From positions 203,794,001 through 203,858,000 of the forward strand of contig OZ024740.1 in NCBI GenBank assembly GCA_964016885.1: 64,000 nucleotides of DNA, written 5' to 3'. A model generated the notes under the pieces. The model was not told the origin of the DNA, did not search any database, and saw only the letters and a list, made by a program, of their open reading frames with translations. This DNA is from Eledone cirrhosa (lineage: Eukaryota). Position 1 is the stretch's first letter. Every line of letters starts with the position of its first letter. The position numbers were made by a program, and so were the translations under genes. Below are positions 1 to 13,532 of this stretch, in pieces.

Positions 1-11
1 TTATAATTCTT

Positions 12-54
<43 letters not shown>

Positions 55-181
55 AAAGTTCTATTTAAATTGTTGGGATACAACAAGCAAATATTATTAT
101 AACTGATATAAAGCACTCGACAAATATTTGGAGTAGATATACAATATTAATAAATGGAAACTATATTTATAAAACCATATT

Positions 182-246
182 TATTTCATTATATATATTT
201 CAAGGATACCAAGTTAAATCATGGTATGCCTTCATCAGACAAAATA
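182..246 (-). ncRNA. Type-I minimal hammerhead ribozyme
   Basis: Minus strand reads TATTTTGT-CTGATGA-AGGCATACCA..TGGTATCCTT-GAAA-TATATA-TA-ATGAAATA; 8-bp stem I including 2 GU pairs. Confidence 0.75.
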
Positions 247-425
247 CAATATATAACAGTTTTCTCCACGTTTCTCTCTCTCTCTCTCTCTCTCCATCTT
301 TTTACTTACTCTTAACACTATGACTTACTAAAGTAAACAAACCACTATCCGGATGGCCTCCAAAAACAACGGTCACCTTTTTGAAAGGGTACGTCAATAT
401 CTATTTGTAAAACTGTTATATATTG

Positions 426-490
426 TATTTTGTCTGATGAAGGCATACCATGATTTAACCTGGTATCCTTGAAATATATATAAGGAAATA
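426..490 (+). ncRNA. Type-I minimal hammerhead ribozyme (mirror copy of 182-246)
   Basis: CTGATGA 434-440, GAAA 471-474; one stem I mismatch relative to the other arm. Confidence 0.7.
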
Positions 491-617
491 AATATGGTTT
501 TATAAATATAGTTTCCATTTATTAATATTGTATATCTACTCCAAATATTTGTCGAGTGCTTTATATCAGTTATAATAATATTTGCTTGTTGTATCCCAAC
601 AATTTAAATAGAACTTT

Positions 618-683
<66 letters not shown>

Positions 684-802
684 AGAACCAGTTAAGTTCG
701 AAATGCATCGACGATTGTTCCTCTTGCTTTCGGTGTTTTGCATAGCTATGGCTTTCTAAATATTTATCTGTAAACACGAACATCTATAAATACGAAATTT
801 CA

Positions 803-865
<63 letters not shown>

Positions 866-868
<3 letters not shown>

Positions 869-1032
869 TAATAGTACAGATTAAAGTTTAAGTAAATAAT
901 TTCTGCTTTCACCCTATTACGGGATCTTCTGAAACTTCTAGTTTCAGAAGATCCTGTAACAGGGTGAAGGCAGAAATTCTTTGCTTCAATTTTAATCTGT
1001 GCTAATAATAAATATTCGCTCTACGGGTTTAT
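866..1032. repeat. Short fold-back repeat with hammerhead-like CAGAAGA core variant; relatives at about 35505-35595 and 48010-48060
   Basis: Arms at about 870-936 and 940-1007; GTTT-CAGAAGA-TCCC..GGGT-GAAAGCA..T(G/A)CTT-AAAC. Confidence 0.55.
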
Positions 1033-1048
1033 ATATACTTTTATATAT

Positions 1049-1082
<34 letters not shown>

Positions 1083-1133
1083 CAATCCTTATCGAGCCCT
1101 CTTTGGATTTTGATCTTCGTAATTATTATTACT

Positions 1134-1167
<34 letters not shown>

Positions 1168-1262
1168 ATATATATATATATATATATATAAAATCAAGGT
1201 TTAGCAAATAGAGAAAAAGTTTTAAAATAAATTTTAAAAAGTTCGCTGTACTTACTATATGT

Positions 1263-1346
1263 ACCCTTACCGCGCGATTTCAAATCCAAAAATAAATGGA
1301 TAATCCAGGCGGACCACCATTGAGAAGGGGATTCTCGTCAGAAGGT
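1263..1346 (-). ncRNA. Type-I hammerhead ribozyme
   Basis: ACCTT-CTGACGA-GAATCC...GGATTT-GAAA-TCGCGCGG-TA-AGGGT on the minus strand. Confidence 0.75.
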
Positions 1347-1597
1347 TCTTCTCGCTCGGAGAATACAAAAATCCCGAGTTCAAATCAAGCTGGCGCCATA
1401 CAAAACTGTTCCTAGATGAGAGTGAATGAGGAAGGGACCAATTCTGTCTAGTGCCGTGTGTAAAGACAGAAGGCAAGGGTGGACAGGCCAATGTCTTGCC
1501 ACTAGAAATAGCAGCAGTTCAAACGACCAAAATGTTATCTCTACCTTAGGGGAGATTAATAATAATAAAGTATGTATGTATATATCTATCTATCTAT

Positions 1598-1752
1598 CTA
1601 GGGCGGGTAAAATTCCCGAGATCCATGGACGGGTTCTCTCCAACGATCTCTGTCCCTCATTATCGCTGCCATGTCCTGCGTCTCCAACAGACCAGTGTCT
1701 GTCCTTAGGGCATCAACATACGTTAACCTTGGTCTTCCTCTTCCAATGTGTC
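1598..1752 (-). mobile_element. 5'-truncated RTE-clade LINE 3' end
   Basis: Encodes [28 protein letters not shown]; near-identical to 39872-40025. Confidence 0.8.
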
Positions 1753-1800
1753 CATGTTTATCGTGATTTCGTGGGCTGATATTCCGATTCTCGATTATTC

Positions 1801-1853
<53 letters not shown>

Positions 1854-1861
1854 CGTGTGCG

Positions 1862-1909
<48 letters not shown>

Positions 1910-2478
1910 CATATATATATATATATGTGTGTGCGTGCGTATATATATATATATATATATACATTATTTTATCTGTCACCTGTTCTAGCTCATATACAAA
2001 TACAACATAGATACACTCACTAACATATAATCACTCAGATAAACACAGTAAAAATATACGATAAATGCACGCTCACACGCGCATCTACTAGTTTAAACTA
2101 TCAATGTTATTTTTTCATAAAATCTCAAAACTTAAGCACACGGTTTACTAATTTCCGGAAAGATAAGATGAGACATTACCTCAAGGACTGAGGTCAATTA
2201 TTTCAGATATTTTCGGTCAGGTTTCTGATAACAAAACCACAGATATTTCTCATTACACGGTGTTATGTCGTATACAAAGGAGAAATCATTGTATATGTTC
2301 ATAGTTATTCTGAAGATAAGTGTAAAGATATAAAGGTAGACGTATTCGTTCATATAGATTAAACATCCACAACCGTATTGTAAGACAACCATACGGTTTT
2401 ATATAATTACAAAAACACAACTACAACCACACTTTAACAGGGATATATACTTGAAGACAGATACGTTCATAGAAAGAG

Positions 2479-2656
<178 letters not shown>

Positions 2657-2707
2657 GTATCTTTTTATCCCTGTCCATCTGTCTCTCTCTTTACATACAT
2701 ACACACA

Positions 2708-2863
2708 CAGTGCCGGATTTAGGACAATTGAGGCCCTGTGCTAGTTAAGTTATGAGGCCCCTTACTTGGCCCCGAAGGATGTAAAAAAAGTTTTGGCAGA
2801 AAAATGCCCAAAACGCGGCCCTGTGCTTAAGCACACCTAAGCACAATGGTAAATCCAGCACTG
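2708..2863. mobile_element. hAT-like MITE
   Basis: TIRs CAGTGCCGGATTTA / TAAATCCAGCACTG. Confidence 0.7.
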
Positions 2864-3169
2864 TACATACACACATGTAAGTATATGTGTGTGTGTGTGT
2901 AACGGACATGATTCCACACAGTTTTTCTCTTCCCAGTGTCAATCACAAAGTTTTGGTCGACCCAAGGTTATACTAGCAGGTGTTTTTTACACGTATTACA
3001 CAGTGGTGTCCGGACCAGATTTCATTTCATTGTGATAACTTAACTATAGAGCTATGTCTGCTCCCAGGACCAATTCAATCCAATGTGTTTACAATGTGTT
3101 CTTGTTTTAAAAAAGCTGTTTGGAGGTCATTTTGCTGCTACTTTTATAAAATCAAGGAACTTTGTAGAT

Positions 3170-3533
3170 CAGATGTTCTCAAAGTGGGCGCTACACCCTT
3201 CCCCCCGGGAGGGGGGGGGGGGCTTGAAAAGATCCAGGGTACACTGGGCCTAAGGGGGTGGGGGTAGAGAGGATATATTAATGAATCAAATATCAAATGA
3301 TACATATATATAGATATACTAAAATAAAAAAAATATATAACATTTATTTATACATAGTATATATTCTATTATTTATTATATATAGATTAACGATTTTATT
3401 AATTATAAATTATTTACAATTTGCATGTAGGTAGGTCTCTCTGGAAATAGGGTTGGGGCACAGGGACGCTGAAGGTATTACGTGGCCATAATAGGAGGGG
3501 GGGGGGGGGGGCAAAAAGGTTTGAGAACCTCTG
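3170..3533. mobile_element. hAT (Charlie/MER5-like) non-autonomous DNA transposon
   Basis: TIRs CAGATGTTCTCAAA / TTTGAGAACCTCTG; 8-bp TSD-like TTGTAGAT / CTGTAGAC. Confidence 0.75.
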
Positions 3534-3699
3534 CTGTAGACGATCCCTTGTTTGCTGGAAGGTCGCTCATGGTTTGTTTGTCTTAGTGTAGTCCATGTTA
3601 TTTGTTTCCAAATCATCCATTTACCGTTTTCTACTATCCTTGTAGTCTTTCTATGTATGTTATACTTGATAGACTGCTCATTAATTATCGTGGACACAG

Positions 3700-4040
3700 A
3701 TGTGACTGAGTGGTTAAGAAGTCCGCTTGCAATCATGAAGTCCAGGGTTTGATCCCACTACGTGACATCTTGGGCAAGGGTCTATACTATATATTCCTGT
3801 CAAATCATGCCTCGCAAGTTATATCGGGTAGACGAAAACTGCACGGAAGCCCGCCAGATAGATTGTGCCAGTAATTCAATTATCCGGCCTTGTCACATAT
3901 TGTGTCACGCTGGCTCGGTTTACAAATTACGTTATAGGTATACATATATCTACGGAATTCTCAACCACGTTCATATTAAATCGGGAGTTGGACATTTCAG
4001 TTGATTGAATAACTGAATACACATTGACGAAACTGACGGA
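3700..4040 (+). mobile_element. tRNA-derived SINE
   Basis: A-box-like GAGTGGTTAA, B-box-like GGTTTGATCCC, TTGGGCAAG core; head shared with 41536-41715 and 36250-36360, tail with 4945-5225. Confidence 0.65.
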
Positions 4041-4419
4041 AGATCCACCACCACCACCACCCCATCACCACCACCATCATCATCATCATCGTTGTCGTTG
4101 TCGTCGTTAATAACTTTGTTATTGAACACATTTTCTTTAGGTATTTCATACTCCGTTATTATCTCTGTGTGTTTTCAGTTCAGAAAGATTACTTCGTATC
4201 CCTCCGTGTCATAAGAGACAACTAAAAGGCTTGGTATCAAGAGAATCAGAGCGAAAAAAGGGCCTCATGATGAGTAGGAAATCGATCATGGAGACCGTAA
4301 GGTTAATCCTAGCTTTGCTAAGGAAATGGCTTTAAAACACTTGTATTCCTTCCTTTCTACAGATACCGTTACTATAATTCTGGTTCGGCCGTCGATTTGT
4401 TTTGTCAATATTCTGAATT

Positions 4420-4622
4420 ATCGGTAGAGCGTCGGACAACATCCTTTATGACATAGAGTTACACCCCTTTACGATCTGAGTTCAATTCCTACCGAGGTTA
4501 GCTTTTCCTTTCATTCTAAGTGCTTCGATAAAATAAAGTACTAGTAATGCACTGGTTCGATTTAATCGACTTTCTCCTCCCCCAAAACTGTTGGTTTTGT
4601 GCCTAAATCAGAAACCAATATT
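4420..4622 (+). mobile_element. tRNA-derived SINE, family A (Meta-domain-like core)
   Basis: GAGTTCAATTCC B-box followed by CCTTTCAT..TCGATAAAATAAAGTAC; many copies in the window. Confidence 0.75.
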
Positions 4623-4944
4623 CTGTAGTAATTTTAGGTTTTCTTATTTTCCTCTATTTTGTCGGTTTGTTTTGTGGACGTTCCATGTAATTCCATAATT
4701 TAGATGATCAATGTTTATATTTTTATTAGTTATATTTTTGTGATTTGTTTGTTTGTACCTGTTTTATTTCTTTCGTTATGGAATCTTTTTCTTCACTTCA
4801 GAGTTAATATGTTGTTGTTGTTTTTTTTTGTTTGTTTGATATAAGTATCTTCCTGTTTAAGATAATCTGTTGGCTTCCATAGAAATTTGGCTTTTCAGAA
4901 AGTTGAAGATATGTCGAAACGGGATATGTATCGCCTGTTGTTGT

Positions 4945-5225
4945 TTAGTGTGGCGTTCACAATCGTAAGGTCACGAGTTCGATTCCCGAATCGTGCGGGG
5001 CCTTGCGTCCTTAAGCAAGGCACTTTATTTCACATTGCTTTAGTCCACTCAGAGTTGTACCTGTAATTCTAGATTGTGTCCCACTGAATCTCCTTGATAA
5101 CTACGTGATGAGTGCACGTGTCTGTGGAATGCTCAGTCAATTACACGCTAATTTCACAAGCAGGCAGTTCCATTGCTTGCATCAACTAAAGCACTTTCTT
5201 CGTAAACGGCGGGGGTCCAACAACA
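4945..5225 (+). mobile_element. tRNA-derived SINE, family B
   Basis: GAGTTCGATTCC B-box, GTCCTTAAGCAAGGCACTT core; homologues at 46683-46985 and 58120-58430. Confidence 0.75.
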
Positions 5226-5298
5226 ACACAGTCACACTCACACAAGACAGGACTGGTCTACCTGCGTATGAGGCCAGCTAAACCTCTATATGCGTGAG

Positions 5299-5396
<98 letters not shown>

Positions 5397-5687
5397 ACAC
5401 AGAGTGTAATATAATATTGCACCAAGGATAAATGTTCAAAATTAAACTAGTAATATTCTGTGAAGCTGCTTTCATTCAATCTATTGGACTTTACTCTATG
5501 GACTATACCTCGGATGTAGACGCTCTTTTAAAACACTCGTTGTACAAACGATTTGAGCTTTGAATCCTGTTTTTAAATCATATGTTGATTTCTCAACTTG
5601 TCAAACTTGTTTATATATAAATATAAATTTATTTATATATATATAATAAATATAAATATAAATTAATATTATTGTTATATATATAGA

Positions 5688-5862
5688 GGGCGGTGAATTG
5701 GCAGTATCGGTAGAAGGTCGGACGCCATGCTTTGCAGCAAAGAGTTACGCCCCTTTATGGTCTGAATTCAAATCCCGCCAGGGTTAACTTTGCCTTTCAT
5801 CCTTACGTGGTCGATAAAATAAAGTACCAGTAATACACTGTGTCAAAAGTAGAAACAATTAT
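5688..5862 (+). mobile_element. tRNA-derived SINE, family A
   Basis: GGCGGTGAATTGGCAG..TTCAAATCCCGCC..GCCTTTCATCCTTACG..TCGATAAAATAAAGTACCAG. Confidence 0.8.
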
Positions 5863-5897
<35 letters not shown>

Positions 5898-5924
5898 AAA
5901 TATATAATTTAACCAACATACACC

Positions 5925-8053
5925 ATGGACCTTTATGAATTGGATTATTCAATCAAAAATATACCTACACCTTCCAACACAACTTATACCAAACTGCTTA
6001 TAGATAAAATCGAACAAGTCGTTAAAAGAATGAGATGGAAGGCAATGGTTTACGATGGACTATTCAGTGCTGATACAAATGATTGTTTTGACATAAAATC
6101 CCGTAAATACAAACCTAGAATTAAAGACATGGCCAACTTCGAATTAGACCTTGTTAATTTAATTAGTGATATCAAATTTCGTAAGTACAATAATAATTTT
6201 CAAACTAAACTTTCTAACGATATTTCTAATTTTAAAAATTCTACACACACTTTTGTTCTTTCCGATGAAACTAAAAATCTCTTTGAAGTTAATAGTATTT
6301 TGTATAACCAACTTTTAACTAATAGTATCACCAACAAATATCAATTAACTAACAATAACACCTACAATACTATTAATAAAGAAGATAAAGAACTAGCTAG
6401 TTCTTTAAAAATAGACAACCGGATTGAAAGCCTAGCTAAACGTAAAGAATATATTACCCTTAAAGACCATAAATTAGACTTTATTAATCGACCTAGCTGT
6501 AGACTGATTAACCCGGCTAAATCCGAAGTTGGCCTTGCAAGTAAACAAATCTTAAGAAAAATAATTCTCCAAATTAGAACTAAGACTGACTTATCACAAT
6601 GGTTAAATACATCCTCTGTTATTTCTTGGTTTAATAATATATAAGGTAAAAATAAGTGTAGATTTACCCAATTTGATATTGTTGATTTTTACCCCTCTAT
6701 TACTGTTTCCTTATTAACTAAAGCCTTAGATTTTGCAAGACCCTTCATTAATATTTCTAAATTAGAAGAAGACATTATCTTTCATGCTAGGAAAACTCTA
6801 CTCTTTACTAATGAAAGTATTTGGGTTAAAAAGTCAAACCCTGAAAACTCTTTTGATGTTGCAATATGACAGTGCGGATGTGTGTGACTTAGTAGGATTA
6901 TTCCTTCTCCACACCCTTAAAGATAAATTTCCTTCCCATAATATCGGTTTATACCGTGACGACGGATTGGCAGTTTCTCATACCACCAACGGCCATAACC
7001 TTGATAAATTTCGTAAAGGTTTAATCAATACTTTTGCTAATCTAAACCTTAAAATTACTATAGATACGAACCTTTCCAATGCTAACTTTCTTGACATTAA
7101 TCTTGATCTACTTACTGCCTCTTTTAAACCTTATCATAAACCTAACGAATATCTTAGATCTATACACAAAGAGTCTTGCCATCCTCCTATAGTTTAAAAA
7201 AATCTTATTCCCAATATTAGCCGTAGGATTTCTACCTTATCTTCGTCTCTAGACATTTTTAACAAAGCCGCCCCTTATTATAATAAAGCCCTTAATAACA
7301 GCGGCTTTACAGAACACATTAAATATTTACCTACTCCTACCCCTAAAACTAATCACAATAATAGGAAAAGGAAAATTATTTGGTTTACACCCCCCTCCCC
7401 TTCTCTCTAACTGTCAAAACTAATGTAGGAAGGAAATTCCTTGACCTCTTAGACAAACATTTCCCCCTAATCATAGATATTATAAGATATTTAATAGAAA
7501 TGTAGTTAAAATCAGTTACTCTTGCTGCCCATCAATGAAGTCTAAAATCACCAATTCTAATCGTACGAGAATAAATCCAGGATGCAGTTGCAGGAAGCCG
7601 GATGAATGCCCATTACAGGGCGAATGTAATACCAAATCCGTTGTATATGAGGCCAAAGTGACACCTTTGATTAACAACCAGCCAGCCAGGAGTGAACGAT
7701 ATGTTGGCATGACTCAGGATAGGTTCAAAACCAGGTTTTATGCACATGTCGCTTCTTTTAAACACTCTGATAAAAGAACAGCAACGGCTCTCGCAAATAA
7801 GGTGTGGGAATTCAAAGATAAAAACATCCCGTACTCTATCGATTGGTCTATTTTAGACCATTCGAGGGAATACCAAAGGGGCACAAAGAATTGTTCTTTG
7901 TGTACCACTGAAAAATTTAGAATTCTACAAAACTTGAAAACCACTTCAACTTGCCTGAACTCCAAGACCGAGATCATCAGATGTTGTCCTCACCTGAAAT
8001 CACATCTGCTCTGTAACTGGATTGACATTCCTACGATGACTCAACCACCTTGA
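5925..8053 (+). pseudogene. Penelope-like retroelement ORF (RT + C-terminal GIY-YIG endonuclease), near full length, disrupted by stops and frameshifts
   Basis: N-terminal YSIKNIP..KRMRWKA; LKDHK..CRLINPAKSE; FDIVDFYPSI after the stop at 6642; YRDDG; FLDI; C-x-C..CPL..C..VVY..YVG..FKTR..H; flanked by (TA)n. Confidence 0.92.
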
Positions 8054-8259
8054 ACTTCTTCTCTGCTCTCTACGCCTTACATCCACTACGATTTTTATTA
8101 CTCTCTGAACTCACTTTCTGTACTCTTATATTCTTTTTCTCCCTTATCTCCCCTTATATTTAAACTTTTTCCTATGTTATTTATTTTCCTTATTCCTCCC
8201 TGCTTTCTACCTTACCCTTTACATACCATCTTTTTTATTTATAGATATTTATTTCTGTG

Positions 8260-9027
<768 letters not shown>

Positions 9028-9164
9028 AGTGTAATTTTCTACACAAAACGAAGGTTATAGAGAAAATTGAGGTTGGTAATGGCACATGGAATATATAAGA
9101 GACAGAATACTTTTTTGTGAAAAAACATAATTTTATAAGGTAAGGAAATAATAAAGGGTATAAA

Positions 9165-9212
9165 AAATGACCGGTTTCGATGGGTCTGCAAAAGCCATCT
9201 TTTCAAATGTTG
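9165..9212 (-). ncRNA. Decayed hammerhead, probably the 3' pLTR of the minus-strand Penelope at 10445-11512
   Basis: TTGAAAA (for CTGAAGA)-GATGG..CCATC-GAAACCGGTC. Confidence 0.5.
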
Positions 9213-9524
9213 ATTAATATTAAGAAAAATTAATAATACGAAGAGTTAAAATTTGAGATTTGAAAATTCAAGTATAAAATTCATTGTGGGATTTCATAGT
9301 AGTTTTCATCTAGGTAGCAACAACAGGTTGACTGCTGTGTCCCTTTCTGGTAGTGAATGAGAAGTTATTTGGGGTGTGGGTTATTTTATAAAGGTCAGAT
9401 TTAGCAATGGCCAACTGGCCAGCTGCTGGTCAGTGAGGGGGTGGAAGCAATATACATACACATATCTTCCTGTGGTGGGTAGGAGAGTGGAGCGTGATAG
9501 AAAGGGATTTAGTGCACTTACACC

Positions 9525-9557
9525 TATATATACACACATACCTTCATCCACACATAC

Positions 9558-9617
<60 letters not shown>

Positions 9618-9693
9618 ATATATACACACATACATACACACACACATACATATACATACACACATACACACACACACACACATATATACACAT

Positions 9694-9744
<51 letters not shown>

Positions 9745-9775
9745 TATATATACATACACATACATCCAGATACAC

Positions 9776-9861
<86 letters not shown>

Positions 9862-9875
9862 CCCCACACATACAT

Positions 9876-9906
<31 letters not shown>

Positions 9907-10015
9907 CATACACACATACAAACATACACACACACACATATATACACATACACACACATATATATACACACACACACACGCATATATATATATATACACA
10001 TACATCCAGATACAC

Positions 10016-10046
<31 letters not shown>

Positions 10047-10165
10047 ATACATACATCCACATGCACACACATACACACACACACACACATATATACACAT
10101 ACATACACCCACACACAGAGAAATGGCCTCCAAATATATATATATATATACATACAGACACATAT
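9525..10165. repeat. Mixed (CA)n/(TA)n microsatellite
   Basis: Direct reading. Confidence 0.95.
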
Positions 10166-10444
10166 ATTTTTTCCATAATATAAGAAGTTGGGACAGTGAA
10201 ATTAAAATACAAGTCATTCTGATCACATTGAGTTCTTCATGTAGATTGGGCCCCGCAACCGACAATTCTGTGTGCGCATATATATATATAGATATATGTG
10301 TGTGCACGTGCAGGGTTTAACATGGATGTGTTGGTCACACAAAGGCATGGTCTGTCAACGAATAAACCTGATTCTACAGAATTGGTCTCTGGTCTTTAAT
10401 AGTAGTGATTCCGTGCGTATGTGTGTTTATATTTTATGACAATT

Positions 10445-11512
10445 CTATTGGGGTGATAACCCGTTTAGTTTTGGTTTAAATTTGTTAAGGAATAGATTTT
10501 CTTTGTTTATTCTTTGTTGCTGTGTGAACGAATCTGAGCACTTGTAGAAGGGGAAGATTTTAAAGTTGGGTAGTGTCATTCCTGCGCAGTTCGCAATATG
10601 GCTGCTCAAGGGGATTTTTCTTGTGTTAGCGTCCCGGATTTGTTGGCGGTGGATGGTCATTCTTTTGCGTAATGAGGTGCCCGTCTGTCCTATGTAGTTG
10701 TGTTTGCACCCACCGCAAGTTATTGCGTAAATCAAGTTCTCCGAGTTGCAGGTGAAATTGTTTTTTACTGTAAATGTTTGGCCATCTTTGAATGTAAATG
10801 TTTGTCCTTCAGTGAGGTAGAGGCACGTTCCACAGTTTGTTCTACCACATTTGGTAACTGTAGGGTTGAGGATTGGTTTGGGTATATTTGGTCCAGTGAG
10901 AATGCGTTTAAGTGATTTGGGTTGTCTTTTACTTTTAAGGATCTTGTGTGTTTCAAGAATAGACTTCATTTTTACATCTTTAAGTAGGATGGGGAGGTTT
11001 TTGTGTAGGCGATCAAACATTTCGGTATTTCTGGGGTTGAAAGTGGATACATATGGCAGGGTTTTGAGTGTGGTTTTCTGTTTTGGATTGCTAAGTTGAT
11101 GGGGATTTAGGTGTTTTGCCCTGTCTATTCCATTGTTGATTATTTCAAGTGGAAAGGCTCTTTTAGTTCCTTTAGTCTTTGCTCCCGTTTAGGTGGATCT
11201 GATACTATGGTACATATACGTTTGGCCAAATTGTAAGGAATGTTAAGTTTTGTATGTTTTGGGTGACTTGATGTGAAAAAGAGGTATTGCTTGGAATCTG
11301 TGGGTTTATAGAATATATCTGTATCTAATTTCCCGTCTATTACAGAGATGAGAATATCCAAGAAGGCTAATTCCTTAGGATTGGATTCCATTGTGAATTG
11401 TATGTTATTATCTATGTTGTTTATCATGTTTTTAAACGTAGTAAGTGAGTTCATGTCTTCTTGCCATAGGATAAAGCAGTCGTCTAGATATCTTTTCCAA
11501 TTGGCTTTGAGG
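10445..11512 (-). pseudogene. 5'-truncated Penelope-like element (Neptune-like): RT C-terminus + GIY-YIG
   Basis: RYLDDCFILW, QFTME, LAFLDI, YKPTD..YL..SSHP; frameshift; C..C..C, FTCNSENLIYAITCGGC..YIGQT..R..H. Confidence 0.92.
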
Positions 11513-11916
11513 TGTGTGTGTATATTAGTGTGTGTGTGTGTATATGTGTATTTTTATATATATATATGTATTTATATGTATATATATATAATAGCCGTCG
11601 AAACGGCTTGAGCTCTGCCGTCGGGGTCATACTTTTTCCTATATATATATATATGTATATGTATGTGTGTATTTGTATGGTTGTGTGTGTGTGTGTGTAT
11701 ATATATGTGTATGTATATGCATAATTACATACAGAGTGATTTAATGTTTATTTTCATTGATTATTTGCTCCAGGAACATGTTGAGTGCTCTAAATCAGCT
11801 ATAAACATTTATACCTTTATTTATTTATTTATTTATTTATTTATTATTTGTCGTATTGCCAACTATTTGTTTACCCCTTCCACATTTTTATTTTTATATA
11901 TATATAAATGTATTTT

Positions 11917-11989
<73 letters not shown>

Positions 11990-11992
11990 GTG

Positions 11993-12041
<49 letters not shown>

Positions 12042-12385
12042 ATGTGTGTGTGTGTATGTATATAGTTATATGTATGTATATGTATGTGTAAATGTGTGTA
12101 TTGCTTACCACGTTTGTTCGTTTATTTATTTGTGTCCTTTCCTGTATCGCTGTCAACTTTATAATAATTTTATATTTTCTTAAGTCGTATATTCTTTATT
12201 TTTATGTGACGGCCTATTGCATTATATGGTTGTCCATTGATTTTTTTTTGATTTTTTCTCATAATTAATTGTGTGTGTGCTTTTATATTTATTCTTTTTC
12301 CTTTCTTTCTTCCTTTTCCAGCCTCACTTTCATATAGATTATATATTTTTTTAAAAATCCACTGTCAATAAATACACCAGGATTT

Positions 12386-12446
12386 TTTCATTCTGATGAC
12401 TGAAAGCAAATTTTGTTTGCTTTCAAGAAACCACTGGTAAATGAAA
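12386..12446 (+). ncRNA. Type-I hammerhead ribozyme
   Basis: TTTCATT-CTGATGA-C-TGAAAGCAAA(TTTTG)TTTGCTTTCA-A-GAAACC(ACT)GGTA-AATGAAA; 7-bp stem I, 10-bp stem II. Confidence 0.85.
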
Positions 12447-13395
12447 TAATTATCTTATGTTGTTTATTACATAACTAACTAAATAAATAAATATATATAT
12501 ATAGCTTAATGACGATATTTGAAAACATTATATAAGGTCCTTTTATAATGTGTAATATCGTTAAGTAAAGCTCTTATACAGATATAGAACTTTCTATGAA
12601 CTTGTTAATATTAAGAATGACCGTCAACAAATTAATAATATCTTGCAATCATAGAATTAGAAAAACCTTCAAATATTATAAACTTAATTAATTTATACCT
12701 TACTCTTATATTTTACAAATTATTAATATTGATTTCTTTAATTTAGTTAACCAATAATTAGTATTTTACTACAAAGAATTTCATAATTTTATCTCCCTCT
12801 TACAGCTCTCTTTTCCTAAAATTATTTTTAACCTCACTACTTCAGTTAATCGCATCCCCTATTTATCACATTTAATACCTATGATTATTAATTATAATTA
12901 ATATCTTTAATATCATCATTGTCCGTATAAATACAATACTCTTTATAAATTTTTTTATCTATCTCAGTTTTTCCATATATATATATTTTTTATTGCTTTA
13001 ATTTTTTACTTCCCTATTTATCACATTCATATGAATTAATATAATTTTATCCCTATAAGTATACCTATCAATAAATTTAGTTCCCTGTAATGTATCTAGA
13101 TTCCTTATAGTTTAAATAAGATTGGTATTTCTCACTAATACCCTTATCCCCAAAAATTGTTTTCTTTCGTTTTTAACAACATTCTTTAATAACATCAAAT
13201 TTTCGTGTACACTTCACTATCTTCTTGACTTGACTTCATTTTAAGCCCCATCTTTCTCCTCCACTCTTAGATTTAATTTCTATTACTGTTATTCTATTAA
13301 CTTGACCTCTAACTCGTTTCTATTGGTCAATTCAAAACCTGTTCCCAAACAAACTCTTTGTATTAATTCTTTGTTTTTTTTCAATAAACACATCT

Positions 13396-13532
13396 CATCA
13401 TTTCTGAGGACGGCATGTATATGTGAAGGTATGTATACTTCCTCTGATAATTTGTAATATTTTTACATAGATATTAAACATGATATACATACCAACACAC
13501 ATATACATCCCAGAAACGATCGTAAAATGATG
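13396..13532 (+). ncRNA. Type-I hammerhead ribozyme with about 100-nt stem II
   Basis: CATCATTT-CTGAGGA..ATGTATATGTG...CACATATACAT..GAAACGATCGTA-AAATGATG; 8-bp stem I, palindromic stem III. Confidence 0.85.

Larger units (their letters stand above)
51..621. mobile_element. Non-coding fold-back element (about 213-bp inverted arms) in (TA)n, each arm carrying a hammerhead motif; probable Penelope pLTR-derived insert
   Basis: 51-263 is the near-perfect reverse complement of 409-621; (TA)n on both sides. Confidence 0.8.
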
